Shown here piece after piece: positions 12,501 to 20,156 of a stretch of DNA of 64,000 bases (positions within the stretch are counted from its first letter, which is position 1; the number at the start of each line of letters is the position of its first letter). Made by a program: the position numbers and the translations under genes. This stretch comes from Bacillota bacterium. Lineage in GTDB: Bacteria; Bacillota; Clostridia; TANB77; CAG-465. The stretch covers positions 3,012-67,011 of the forward strand of contig JAEWRE010000083.1 of the NCBI GenBank assembly GCA_023460235.1, written 5' to 3'. The notes beneath the pieces are model-generated. The model saw only the letters and a program-made list of their open reading frames with translations. It was not told the DNA's origin and made no database searches.

Positions 12501-15500
12501 ATATAGTAATATAATTTCTAAAACAAAGAATTATACAGCTGGGGAAGAATTAAAACAAATTACAACAGCTTATGAGTATGATTTGAAAGGAAATCTTTTA
12601 AAAGAAACAACAGATGGTATTAGTATTAGTAGTACATATAACAAAGCAAGTAAACAAAAAACACATAAAGATGGTAATGGAAATACTACAAGCTATGTTT
12701 ATGATACTAAGTTAAATGTGATAGAAGAAACTAATGCGAAAAATATAAAAACAAATTACTACTTTGATGAGAGAAAGAATGTTATAAAGAAAACTATTGC
12801 AGGAGTTGTAGAGGAAGAAAATACTTATGATTTATTAAACAATAAATTAACAAGTAAAGATGAACTTTCTAACGTTACAAATTATACATATGATATATGT
12901 GGTAATCTTGTAAAAGAAGAAAATACAGGAAGTGGATATGTATTAAATCATCAATATACACATTTAAAACAACTTTCAAAAACAATTGATAATCTTGGTA
13001 AGGTCACAACTCTAAAGTATAATATACTTGGAAAAGAAACAGAAAATACAGTTTCTAAATCTGATTTAACAGATAGTATAACTACAAAGAAAGAATATGA
13101 TAATTTATCTAATGTAATTAAGGAAACAGATGGTAATGGTAATGTAACAACTTATGAATATGACACAAATAATAATAAAATAAAAGAAGTAAATGCAAAA
13201 GGACAAACTACTACTTATGAATATGATTTAAATGATAATTTGGTTAAAGAAACAGATTATCTTGGAAATACCTTAAAATATATATATGATAAACTAAACA
13301 GAGTAACTGATAAAATAGATCAGTACGATATTACAATAGAAAAATTGGAATATGATAATCTTGGTAGACAAATAAAATCAACGAATGCAAATGGAGACTA
13401 TATAGAGTATACATATGATTCAAATAACAATATATTAACTAAAAAAGATGAAGAAGGAAATATAGAAACATATGAATATGACTCATCAAACAATAAAACT
13501 AAGTATACTGATAAAAATCAAAATGTAACTACATATGAATATGATAGTAAAAATAACTTAACTAAAGTTAAAAATGCATTAAATGAAGTAACTACATATA
13601 GTTATGATAATAAAGGTAATGTGCTTACTCAAAAAGATGCAGCATCAAATGTAATTTCATTTGTATATGATATAAACGGAAATGAAATTAAGAAGATAGA
13701 TCAACTATCTAATGAAGATGCAAAAACATATTATCAAAACGGGTTACTAAAAACGTTTAAAACAAATAATGGAGATATATTCACTTATACATACGATGTA
13801 CATGATAGGCTAGTAAGTGAAGAAGTAAATAGCGAAGTTACTACTTATGAATATGATAATAATTCAAATAAAACAAAAATAGGCAATATATCAAAGACAT
13901 ATGATGAATTAAATAGAGTGATATCAAGTACAGAAAATGGTAAAACTGTATCTTATACATATTTGGATGATGATAAAAAATTAGTAGTAACAGATCCAAA
14001 TCAAAATGTAACTACAGAAGAATATGATAAAGTAGGTAGATTAAAGAAAGTAACAAATAGTGGCAAAGTAACAGAATATGAATACAACAATGATGGAAGT
14101 TTAAATAAGCAAGTAGATGAAAGCAAAGTATCAGAGTATGAATATTACAAAGATAAAATGCTAAAAAACTTGACTACAAAAACTAAATCTGGTATATTAA
14201 TAGAAGAAAACAGCTATGAATACGATGCAAACAACAACATATTAAAAGATAACTCAAAAGTATATACATATGATGCGCTAAATAGAATAAAGACAACTAA
14301 TGATACAGAATATACTTATGATAAATCTGGAAATATAGCATCTAAGACAGTAATAGATGGCAATACAATCAAAGCTACAACATATATCTATAATGCTAAA
14401 AATCAATTAACTAAATCAAATGTTTTAGAGAATACAGCACTTGTATCAGAGATAACATATGGCTATGATTTAAATGGAAATCAGATAGAAGAAGTAACAG
14501 ATGGGCAAACAATAACAAACACATATAACGCAAGAAACGAACTAAGAAAAGTAGAAAAAGGACAAGCAATATCTGAGTATTCATATAACAGTGCAGGAAA
14601 GAGAATACAAAAAACTACAAATAACAATACAATAAACTTTGTATATGATAGTGATAATGTAATACTTGAATTAGATGAAAACGGAAATGAAGTAGCAACA
14701 AACACTTATGGATTGAATTTAATAAAGAGGGAAACAGAAAATACTGAAGGTTACTATGTATACAATGGACATGGTGATGTAACAAAAGTAATTGATACAA
14801 CAAATGAAGAATTAAATACATATGTATACGATGAATTTGGTAATATTAAAGAAGAAAATAAGACATTCAACAATCCATTTAAATATGCAGGATACTACTA
14901 TGATAATGAGACAAAAACATACTACTTAAGATCAAGATATTATAACCCAGAAATACAGAGATTTATATCAGAGGATACATACAGAGGAGAATTAAATGAT
15001 CCATTAAGTCTAAATTATTATACATACTCAAATAACAATCCACTTATATATATTGATGAAAATGGACATTTTCCATTTCTATCAATGATAGCCGGAGGAT
15101 TAATTGGTGGTACAATAAATCTAGGATTTACAATGATTTCTGATTATCTAGATGATGGACAATTAAATAATAAAGGTTCATATTTGGGATCATTTGTAGA
15201 AGGAGCAGTAGTTGGAGGTGCATTTGGATTACTTGGACCTGGAGCATCGGTTTTAAAATTAGGAGCAACTGGATTTTTATCAGGAACTGCAGGAAATAGT
15301 CTAAATCAATTTATAACAAGTGGAAAAGTAGATATAAAACAAAGTTTAGTAGCTGGTTCTGCAACAGCAGTTGGGGCAATGACATTTGGATTAACAGGTA
15401 AGGTATCAGAAAAAGGATTAGCAAGAACAATTGATTATGCAATAAAAGGATTTGATACTGGTGTGGCAAGCAATTTCACAAGTCAAGCTTTAACAAATGG

Positions 15501-15993
15501 TATACAAAATGTAAATTACAATCAATTATTTACAGCAGGACTTGTTGGTGGATTTGTGACACCAGCAATAGCAAAGACAATAGATTTTGCAAATAGCAAA
15601 GTTTTAAGTAAAAATATTGCTAATAATGATATATATAAAGGTGTCAAAGATGCTTCTGGATATTTAAAATCCCAAGGAGTTCCAAGGGAATATAGGAAAC
15701 AAATTTTGGAGTCATTTGATATTAGAACAATTGATATGAAAACTGCAGGAGACAATACATATGGATTAAGGTTTTATGGTGGTAATGCTAATTTAAAAGG
15801 TAGATATTTATTTGAAACATTTTCATCTTTAACGAATAGGCAAAATCTATCGTTACCATATACATGGAATAGTATGAAAAATATACAACAATTTCAGATA
15901 AAGAGTGGTACACCTATTATAACAGGAATTGTTGGAAGTCAACCCCGGTTTTGGAAATCAATATATTGGCGGAGCAAGACAGTGGTATATTAA
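6550..15993 (+). CDS. WapA-like RHS/YD-repeat polymorphic toxin (Sec signal, FN3, four beta-helix modules, YD repeats, RHS core, Gly-rich pre-toxin, TNT-like toxin tip with distal frameshift)
   Basis: ORF 6532-15993. GGGGG RBS at 6540-6544 favours ATG 6550 (MNKRLLSKLFIILTVFSIAIAA signal). Dozens of YD repeats ('Y.YD..GN...'). Core end is 'FKYAGYYYDNETKTYYLRSRYYNPEIQRFISEDTY...NNNPLIYIDENGH'. The last ~16 codons are out of frame relative to a better tip that ends at 16018 (see findings). Confidence 0.93.
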   Translation: MNKRLLSKLFIILTVFSIAIAAKPISNLIISNYVIAETMSNELILKDRSYDTALVSFEEVELDDQIVSYNVYKNDQLVTNVTSLTNKYYQLTSLANNTNYTVRFDFLDTSNNVVLSKTIYNVKVATRISSPTVDTVYPKDTYYLSGYTVPQGVTATFEAGSILKLEATSNITINGNFNLNGDLNNKVIITSRFDDTISNVEDINHWDKIYVLNGTFTSLNTDIKFGGHTTIYSKPYDFSIQFLYSKLYFENTNVTNNLNGSISGYSGELIIKNSNLNDLITLENSSSIEILDSNIYKFISKYDQYNSFENKIDLQRNIFYDGVQYFPNKLSSCIIKDNSRITTSNSTIEIDFQDANYKIMDNIYNNKSLNEYNPYGEVNIKNNFSNNPGTFKFPKAIYYISASTIYMNTSVYFEAGSLLKLQKNISLYANGILNIGNNGFEITTITSIADDGINNVVESDYWYFIASSPGGELNIENTNIKYGGKGYYYNSYEAAILGESSINLDNVNMSNTTVRGAIRQLSADDFIIKNCNIDNKIEVDSVKNIDIENSNINNLNIQYQYTPITQNNSNIIGNTFYNNFTYTPNFYSTCIITNNKRITTTNSTLSLDLGRANGNIVSNIYNNKSEVYNPYGEVNIQSFPIDTQNEILFPEAVYFWSQSTTLYKNTNVKFSAGSVLKVDKSAYIEIEGSLKFDGTGNENVIITSIEDDGINEINNSNKWGGIVVKSTGNLIAKETILKNGGGIYSYPVITNSGSVFLENTSIIKSTSSSLYGSGNEIYINNSNFDNRIELGGIYNLNILNSKIADISVAYEGYSYNIQNNINIQNNIVNNTINVIPNMYSNMIVQNNTSIGNDYPVSIKYNYITTELLWNVQNNNNEVNKLYDGTYINGTTSESLKIRENSKYIVNSLYVPRESLLEIGAGSIIKFTENGGLGVEGTLIVNGKNDNEVTISSTSDPIFVGKSNYNYYGSGIYIDYYGTALINNMNMRYCGNDVAWRSGAITTKGKLILLNSSVTNLQSSVHGIVYYSGSTQNIIKYNYLAGKQNSYYGYPLDLSYNYWGNDLPNTSTDKIVTSPSNNTFIKTDLSFDSFLYDVLPSERQHFGESGINAYSGNYSKTYDDLQINIPNIDLSFTRTYNSKDSSSSLLGRGWTFGFTAKVEIPLYDDNTAYVYLPNGGVNVFKKNSDGTYSGTNTRNNFVKNGSEYILTSKDQIQYVFDSNKNLYKIIDKYGNETNITVDYLGQVTSIVDYTGRAYSIEYSNSKITKIIDPIGRYVTYEYNSDGLLSQVVNLNGKSTLYEYDEDKYLTNIKQTDDNDEIITLNNITYTAKDSSNKKRISTYTDESGKVDTYSYNENNSSTSITDQNSRVTTKYFDGQGYLIRTVEPNGSQSLIEYNYIDNTNKYGEVRKKTEISGKTTTYTRDTNGNVILETNSDNSSKVYEYNNKNSVTKQVDEEGNVTLYAYGTDGVTLTSKTLPNNATNTYSYYATGIKGLVSSSTDGNGNMTNYEYDNYGNLTKKTNALQNVESYSYNSIGWLMTKTTAEGYTTTYEYDNVGNNTKLTENSDIVTTNSYSYNNKLLKTVDANSNNYISEYDKAGNLLKITDQVGNVTSYQYDIYNNRIRETKPNGTVYKYEYDNLNRNTKKLVVNNNTDNLLESKEYSYLSGNTTVISKVYINATEYVTNTKVYNYLDKVLSDKTEDATKKYTYFKNGNLATEENEIGGRIYYYYNSLNKLSSKYEEIDTDKYTRYNYSYDNEGNILKEEISNQMVALNANPTSYTISNYTYDSVGNKITKTTSSGEDIKYTYNKDNKAIKEEVKIKDGKYKTTEYEYNYAGKITLKKEYINNSSLIDNSLSDTGITTLNTSYEYDNMNNVVREILPNGDSNNYEYDKINRKVKTVLSSEESNIITEENSYYFDDKENLTSKKDANGNTTTYEYDIYGNIVKAIKPNTAVTNYEYDLLGRVTKEIEPNHSETSQSYITYSYDKYSNIISKTKNYTAGEELKQITTAYEYDLKGNLLKETTDGISISSTYNKASKQKTHKDGNGNTTSYVYDTKLNVIEETNAKNIKTNYYFDERKNVIKKTIAGVVEEENTYDLLNNKLTSKDELSNVTNYTYDICGNLVKEENTGSGYVLNHQYTHLKQLSKTIDNLGKVTTLKYNILGKETENTVSKSDLTDSITTKKEYDNLSNVIKETDGNGNVTTYEYDTNNNKIKEVNAKGQTTTYEYDLNDNLVKETDYLGNTLKYIYDKLNRVTDKIDQYDITIEKLEYDNLGRQIKSTNANGDYIEYTYDSNNNILTKKDEEGNIETYEYDSSNNKTKYTDKNQNVTTYEYDSKNNLTKVKNALNEVTTYSYDNKGNVLTQKDAASNVISFVYDINGNEIKKIDQLSNEDAKTYYQNGLLKTFKTNNGDIFTYTYDVHDRLVSEEVNSEVTTYEYDNNSNKTKIGNISKTYDELNRVISSTENGKTVSYTYLDDDKKLVVTDPNQNVTTEEYDKVGRLKKVTNSGKVTEYEYNNDGSLNKQVDESKVSEYEYYKDKMLKNLTTKTKSGILIEENSYEYDANNNILKDNSKVYTYDALNRIKTTNDTEYTYDKSGNIASKTVIDGNTIKATTYIYNAKNQLTKSNVLENTALVSEITYGYDLNGNQIEEVTDGQTITNTYNARNELRKVEKGQAISEYSYNSAGKRIQKTTNNNTINFVYDSDNVILELDENGNEVATNTYGLNLIKRETENTEGYYVYNGHGDVTKVIDTTNEELNTYVYDEFGNIKEENKTFNNPFKYAGYYYDNETKTYYLRSRYYNPEIQRFISEDTYRGELNDPLSLNYYTYSNNNPLIYIDENGHFPFLSMIAGGLIGGTINLGFTMISDYLDDGQLNNKGSYLGSFVEGAVVGGAFGLLGPGASVLKLGATGFLSGTAGNSLNQFITSGKVDIKQSLVAGSATAVGAMTFGLTGKVSEKGLARTIDYAIKGFDTGVASNFTSQALTNGIQNVNYNQLFTAGLVGGFVTPAIAKTIDFANSKVLSKNIANNDIYKGVKDASGYLKSQGVPREYRKQILESFDIRTIDMKTAGDNTYGLRFYGGNANLKGRYLFETFSSLTNRQNLSLPYTWNSMKNIQQFQIKSGTPIITGIVGSQPRFWKSIYWRSKTVVY
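12613..15072. repeat. source segment of the RHS gene duplicated in the three downstream orphan cassettes
   Basis: Near-identical colinear copies. 12613-15072 matches 16404-18860. 14482-15072 matches 20166-20756. 12778-15072 matches 21981-24059, the last with 201-nt and 12-nt in-frame deletions. Confidence 0.85.
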
Positions 15994-16014
15994 TAATTTG
16001 GAGGATCTTATAAA

Positions 16015-16299
16015 ATGATAGAAAATGATAAAATTGATAATTTCAAAAAAAATGTAGAACAAATAAAATTTTTATTAAATGAAGAAATAGAATTAATTAA
16101 ATCTGGTCATAGTAATAAAAATGTAGAACAAATAAAAACAATATTATATGATGTTGAAAACATGGATATTATTAGAAATTCAAAGTTATATAGACCAGTT
16201 TTTGATAAAATTATAATTGATTCTTGGGATTATAGTGATGGGCTTGGAATAAAATTGTTAAGACTATTTAAAGTTTATTATGAATATTTTACTAAATAA
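16015..16299 (+). CDS. putative cognate immunity protein of the main RHS toxin
   Basis: 94-aa ORF with GGAGGA RBS at 16000-16005. Lies immediately 3' of the toxin tip, and its ATG overlaps the TGA of the frame-corrected toxin (ATGA). No signal peptide. Contains an internal 21-nt in-frame direct repeat. Confidence 0.65.
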   Translation: MIENDKIDNFKKNVEQIKFLLNEEIELIKSGHSNKNVEQIKTILYDVENMDIIRNSKLYRPVFDKIIIDSWDYSDGLGIKLLRLFKVYYEYFTK

Positions 16300-16394
16300 T
16301 CCAATAAACAAATTATACCTATATTTAATAATGTAAATTTTGCTAAAACTATTATGGAAAATTTTATAAAATTATTTCTATAATAGTTTTATAG

Positions 16395-19300
16395 CTATAT
16401 AGAGATGTTAGTACTAGTAGTACATATAACAAGGCAAGTAAACAAAAAACACATAAAGATGGTAATGGAAATACTATAAGCTATGTTTATGATACTAAGT
16501 CAAATGTAGTAGAAGAAACTAATGCAAAAAATATAAAAACAAATTACTACTTTGATGAGAGAAAGAATGTTATAAAGAAAACTATTGCAGGGGTTGTTCA
16601 AGAAGAAAATACTTATGATTTATTAAATAATAAATTAACAAGTAAAGATGAACTTTCTAATGTTACAAATTATACATATGATATATGTGGTAATCTTGTA
16701 AAAGAAGAAAATACAGGAAGTGGATACGTACTAAATTATCAATATACACATTTAAAACAACTTTCAAAAACAATTGATAATCTTGGTAAGGTTACAACTC
16801 TAAAATATGATATACTTGGAAAAGAAACAGAAAATACAGTTTCTAAATCTGATTTAACAAATAGTATAACTACAAAGAAAGAATATGATAATTTATCTAA
16901 TGTAATTAAGGAAATAGATGGTAATGATAATGTAACAACTTATGAATATGACTCAAATAATAATAAAACAAAAGAAGTAAATACAAAAGGACAAACTAGT
17001 ACTTATGAATATGATTTAAATGGTAATTTGGTTAAAGAAACAGATTATCTTGGAAATACCTTAAAATATATATATGATAAACTAAACAGCGTAACTGATA
17101 AAATAGATCAGTACGATATTACAATAGAAAAATTGGAATATGATAATCTTGGTAGACAAATAAAATCAACAAATGCAAATGGAGACTATATAGAGTACAC
17201 ATATGATGCTAATAACAACATTTTGACTAAGAAAGATGAAGAAGGAAATATAGAAACATATGAATATGATGTTTTAAATAATAAAACTAAGTATACTGAT
17301 AAAAATCAAAATGTAACCGCATATGAATATGATAGCAAAAATAACTTAACTAAGGTTAAAAATGCATTAAATGAAGTAAATACATATACTTATGATAATC
17401 AAGGTAATGTTCTTACACAAAAAGATGCATCATCAAATGTAATTTCATTTGTATACGATATAAACGGAAATGAAATTAAAAAGATAGACCAACTATCAAA
17501 TGAAGATGTAAAAACATATTATCAAAATGGATTACTAAAAACATTTAAAACAAATAATGGAGATATATTCACTTATACATACGATGTTCATGATAGGCTA
17601 GTAAGTGAAGAGGTAAATAATGAAGTTACTACCTATGAATATGATAATAACTCAAATAAAACAAAGATAGGCAATATATTAAAGACATATGATGAATTAA
17701 ACCGAGTTATATCAAGTACAGAAAATGGTAAAACTGTATCTTACACATATTTAGATGATGATAAAAAATTAGTAGTAACAGATCCAAATCAAAATGTAAC
17801 TACAGAAGAATATGATAAGGTAGGAAGATTAAAGAAAGTAACAAGTAGTGGCAAAGTAACAGAATATGAATACAACAATGATGGAAGTTTAAATAAGCAA
17901 GTAGATGAAAGTAAAGTATCTGAGTATGAATATTACAAAGATAAAATGTTAAAAAACTTGACTACAAAAACTAAATCTGGTATATTAATAGAAGAAAATA
18001 GCTATGAATATGATGCAAACAACAATATATTAAAAGATAACTCAAAAGTATATACATATGATGCATTAAATAGAATAAAGACAACTAATGATACTGAATA
18101 TACTTATGATAAATCTGGAAATATAGCTTCTAAGACAGTAATTGATGGCAATACAATAAAAGCTACAACATACATCTATAACGCTAAAAATCAATTAACT
18201 AAATCAAATGTTTTAGAAAATACGGCACTTGTATCAGAGACAACATATAGCTATGATTTAAATGGAAATCAGATAGAAGAAGTAGCAAATGGACAAACAG
18301 TAACAAACACATATAATGCAAGAAACGAACTAATAAAAGTAGAAAAAGGACAAGCAATATCTGAGTATTCATATAACAGTGCAGGAAAAAGAATACAAAA
18401 AGTAACAGACAATAATACAATAAACTTTGTATATGATAGTGATAATGTAATACTTGAATTAGATGAAAACGGAAATGAAGTAGCAACAAACACTTATGGA
18501 TTGAACTTGATAAAGAGGGAAACTGGAGATGATGAAGGTTACTATGTATACAATGGACATGGGGATGTAACAAAAGTAATTGATACAACAAATGAAGAGT
18601 TAAATACATATGTATATGATGAATTTGGAAGTATCAAAGAAGAAAATGAAACATTCAATAATCCATTTAAATATGCAGGATACTACTACGATAATGAAAC
18701 AAAAACATATTATCTAAGATCAAGATACTATAACCCAGAAATACAAAGGTTTATATCAGAAGATACATATAGAGGAGAATTAAATGATCCGCTAAGCCTA
18801 AATTACTATACATATGTAAATAATAATCCTTTAATATATAATGATCCTGATGGACATTTTGCTAAAGAAATATTAGGAGCATTTAAATATGTAGCTAAAA
18901 GATCTATAGCATTTATTCATGGTGGAATGGAATTTGCACTTGATACAGTTAAAGGACTTGCAGGGTTAGCATGGAATTTAGGAGAAACTTTAGGAAGTGA
19001 AATTGGTATTATTGGAAATGAAATTGGTTACAAAGCTGGAATAGTCAATGAAACTAAATACGTAGATGATAAAGACTATTACTTAAGCATTTTGAGTCAA
19101 AATATGAATATGTATAAACAACTTCCGGGAAATATGATATCTGGGATTTGGGATAACCTTAAGACAACGTTTAATTGGAATAATTTTAAAAATTATTTGA
19201 ATCCAAATACATCATATGAAGAATTAAAAGATTATTCTAAATCAGCTATTCAGACGGGTGTGACAATATATAGTGGCTATGAAGTATTAAAATCTGCTTA

Positions 19301-19682
19301 TAGTACAGCAAATAAAATATATAATGGAATTAAAGTTAATAAATTTATAAAAGAAAATGTACCAATTGATAGCCAACTAGATGTAAAAAATGCATTTACT
19401 TCTGATGCTAAAGTTACTACATTAAAAAACGATACAGCAGCATATAGATATTCTGGAGTAAAATCTGGCGGTAATGGTAAATGGTATACACCAAATCAAA
19501 CACAAAATCCAATTGTTGATTTAGCTTTACCAAAATCAAATCCTGCAACTTATGTGAATAAATACATTATACCTAAAGGAACAACAATTATTAAGGGAAC
19601 AGTTGCACCAAATTTTGGACAAGCGGGTGGATGGTTACAATTTTATGTTCCAAATCCAAGTGTAATATTGCCAATAAAATAG
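16395..19682 (+). CDS. orphan RHS C-terminal fragment A with alternative toxin (PT-TG-like pre-toxin + TNT-like tip); no start codon before TTG 17028
   Basis: The frame is stop-free from 16395. 16404-18860 is near-identical to 12613-15072. Core ends 'NNNPLIYNDPDGH', then a divergent 274-aa tail ending 'GTVAPNFGQAGGWLQFYVPNP'. Confidence 0.8.
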   Translation, partial: LYRDVSTSSTYNKASKQKTHKDGNGNTISYVYDTKSNVVEETNAKNIKTNYYFDERKNVIKKTIAGVVQEENTYDLLNNKLTSKDELSNVTNYTYDICGNLVKEENTGSGYVLNYQYTHLKQLSKTIDNLGKVTTLKYDILGKETENTVSKSDLTNSITTKKEYDNLSNVIKEIDGNDNVTTYEYDSNNNKTKEVNTKGQTSTYEYDLNGNLVKETDYLGNTLKYIYDKLNSVTDKIDQYDITIEKLEYDNLGRQIKSTNANGDYIEYTYDANNNILTKKDEEGNIETYEYDVLNNKTKYTDKNQNVTAYEYDSKNNLTKVKNALNEVNTYTYDNQGNVLTQKDASSNVISFVYDINGNEIKKIDQLSNEDVKTYYQNGLLKTFKTNNGDIFTYTYDVHDRLVSEEVNNEVTTYEYDNNSNKTKIGNILKTYDELNRVISSTENGKTVSYTYLDDDKKLVVTDPNQNVTTEEYDKVGRLKKVTSSGKVTEYEYNNDGSLNKQVDESKVSEYEYYKDKMLKNLTTKTKSGILIEENSYEYDANNNILKDNSKVYTYDALNRIKTTNDTEYTYDKSGNIASKTVIDGNTIKATTYIYNAKNQLTKSNVLENTALVSETTYSYDLNGNQIEEVANGQTVTNTYNARNELIKVEKGQAISEYSYNSAGKRIQKVTDNNTINFVYDSDNVILELDENGNEVATNTYGLNLIKRETGDDEGYYVYNGHGDVTKVIDTTNEELNTYVYDEFGSIKEENETFNNPFKYAGYYYDNETKTYYLRSRYYNPEIQRFISEDTYRGELNDPLSLNYYTYVNNNPLIYNDPDGHFAKEILGAFKYVAKRSIAFIHGGMEFALDTVKGLAGLAWNLGETLGSEIGIIGNEIGYKAGIVNETKYVDDKDYYLSILSQNMNMYKQLPGNMISGIWDNLKTTFNWNNFKNYLNPNTSYEELKDYSKSAIQTGVTIYSGYEVLKSAYSTANKIYNGIKVNKFIKENVPIDSQLDVKNAFTSDAKVTTLKNDTAAYRYSGVKSGGNGKWYTPNQTQNPIVDLALPKSNPATYVNKYIIPKGTTIIKGTVAPNFGQAGGWLQFYVPNPSVILPIK

Positions 19683-19696
19683 GAGGAATTGAAACA

Positions 19697-20068
19697 ATGA
19701 AAAATGTATTAAAAGATATTATTTCTAATCTTTTGATTAATAAAAATGACCGAATAAATATAAAAATAAATAAATTAAAAGAAGATGTTAAACTTTGTCT
19801 TGAATTAAGCAAACTTGAACTACAAAATAGGAAAAATGGCATTGAAGGCGAAAGCACAATAGATCAGTTGGAAGAAGTTATTATTCCAGATTTGACTAAT
19901 TTGTTAACAATACTAGATAACAAAAATAGTATACCACAAAAAAGAGTAGATAGATATTCTTTGGCCTATGGAAATGCATTTAGAATGTGGGATTGGAGCA
20001 TGGAAAATCCTACTGAACTATACAAAAGGTTAGCACATATACATCATGATTATCAGGATGTTTTATAA
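19697..20068 (+). CDS. putative immunity protein for orphan toxin A
   Basis: AGGAGGA at 19681-19687, then ATG 19697 (123 aa). The ORF-track start 19631 lies inside the toxin gene and lacks an RBS. Confidence 0.65.
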   Translation: MKNVLKDIISNLLINKNDRINIKINKLKEDVKLCLELSKLELQNRKNGIEGESTIDQLEEVIIPDLTNLLTILDNKNSIPQKRVDRYSLAYGNAFRMWDWSMENPTELYKRLAHIHHDYQDVL

Positions 20069-20156
20069 TTAAATTATATATAGAGCAAATAAGGAGCAAT
20101 CATTTTTGCTCTATAATGTAATTCAGTTTGGAGTGAAAATGAAATTAAAAAGATAA

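Noticed and set aside
14481-14821. Apparently conserved antisense ORFs (74 aa 'MFVATSFPFSSNSS...' and 62-136 aa 'MYL(I/T)LHLLYQ...') recurring at 14481-14821, 18199-18609, 20165-20487 and 23471-23811.
   Set aside because: They recur only because the underlying RHS DNA is duplicated. They are low-complexity, lack ribosome-binding sites, and lie antisense to a strongly supported YD-repeat frame.
9900-15000. Regular ~60-nt periodicity that could be mistaken for a repeat array or CRISPR.
   Set aside because: The periodicity comes from YD repeats within one continuous reading frame. There are no identical direct repeats separated by unique spacers and no cas genes.
15943-15950. Programmed ribosomal frameshifting at CCCCGGT as the explanation for the split toxin tip.
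   Set aside because: There is no recognisable slippery heptamer plus downstream structure, and a +1 correction would be needed. A homopolymer indel (a mutation or a sequencing error) is simpler. It is mentioned only as a minor alternative.
19631-19696. Upstream extension of the second immunity ORF given by the ORF track (MVTILCSKSKCNIANKIGGIET...).
   Set aside because: It lies inside the toxin A coding region in another frame and has no RBS. A perfect AGGAGGA precedes the internal ATG 19697.
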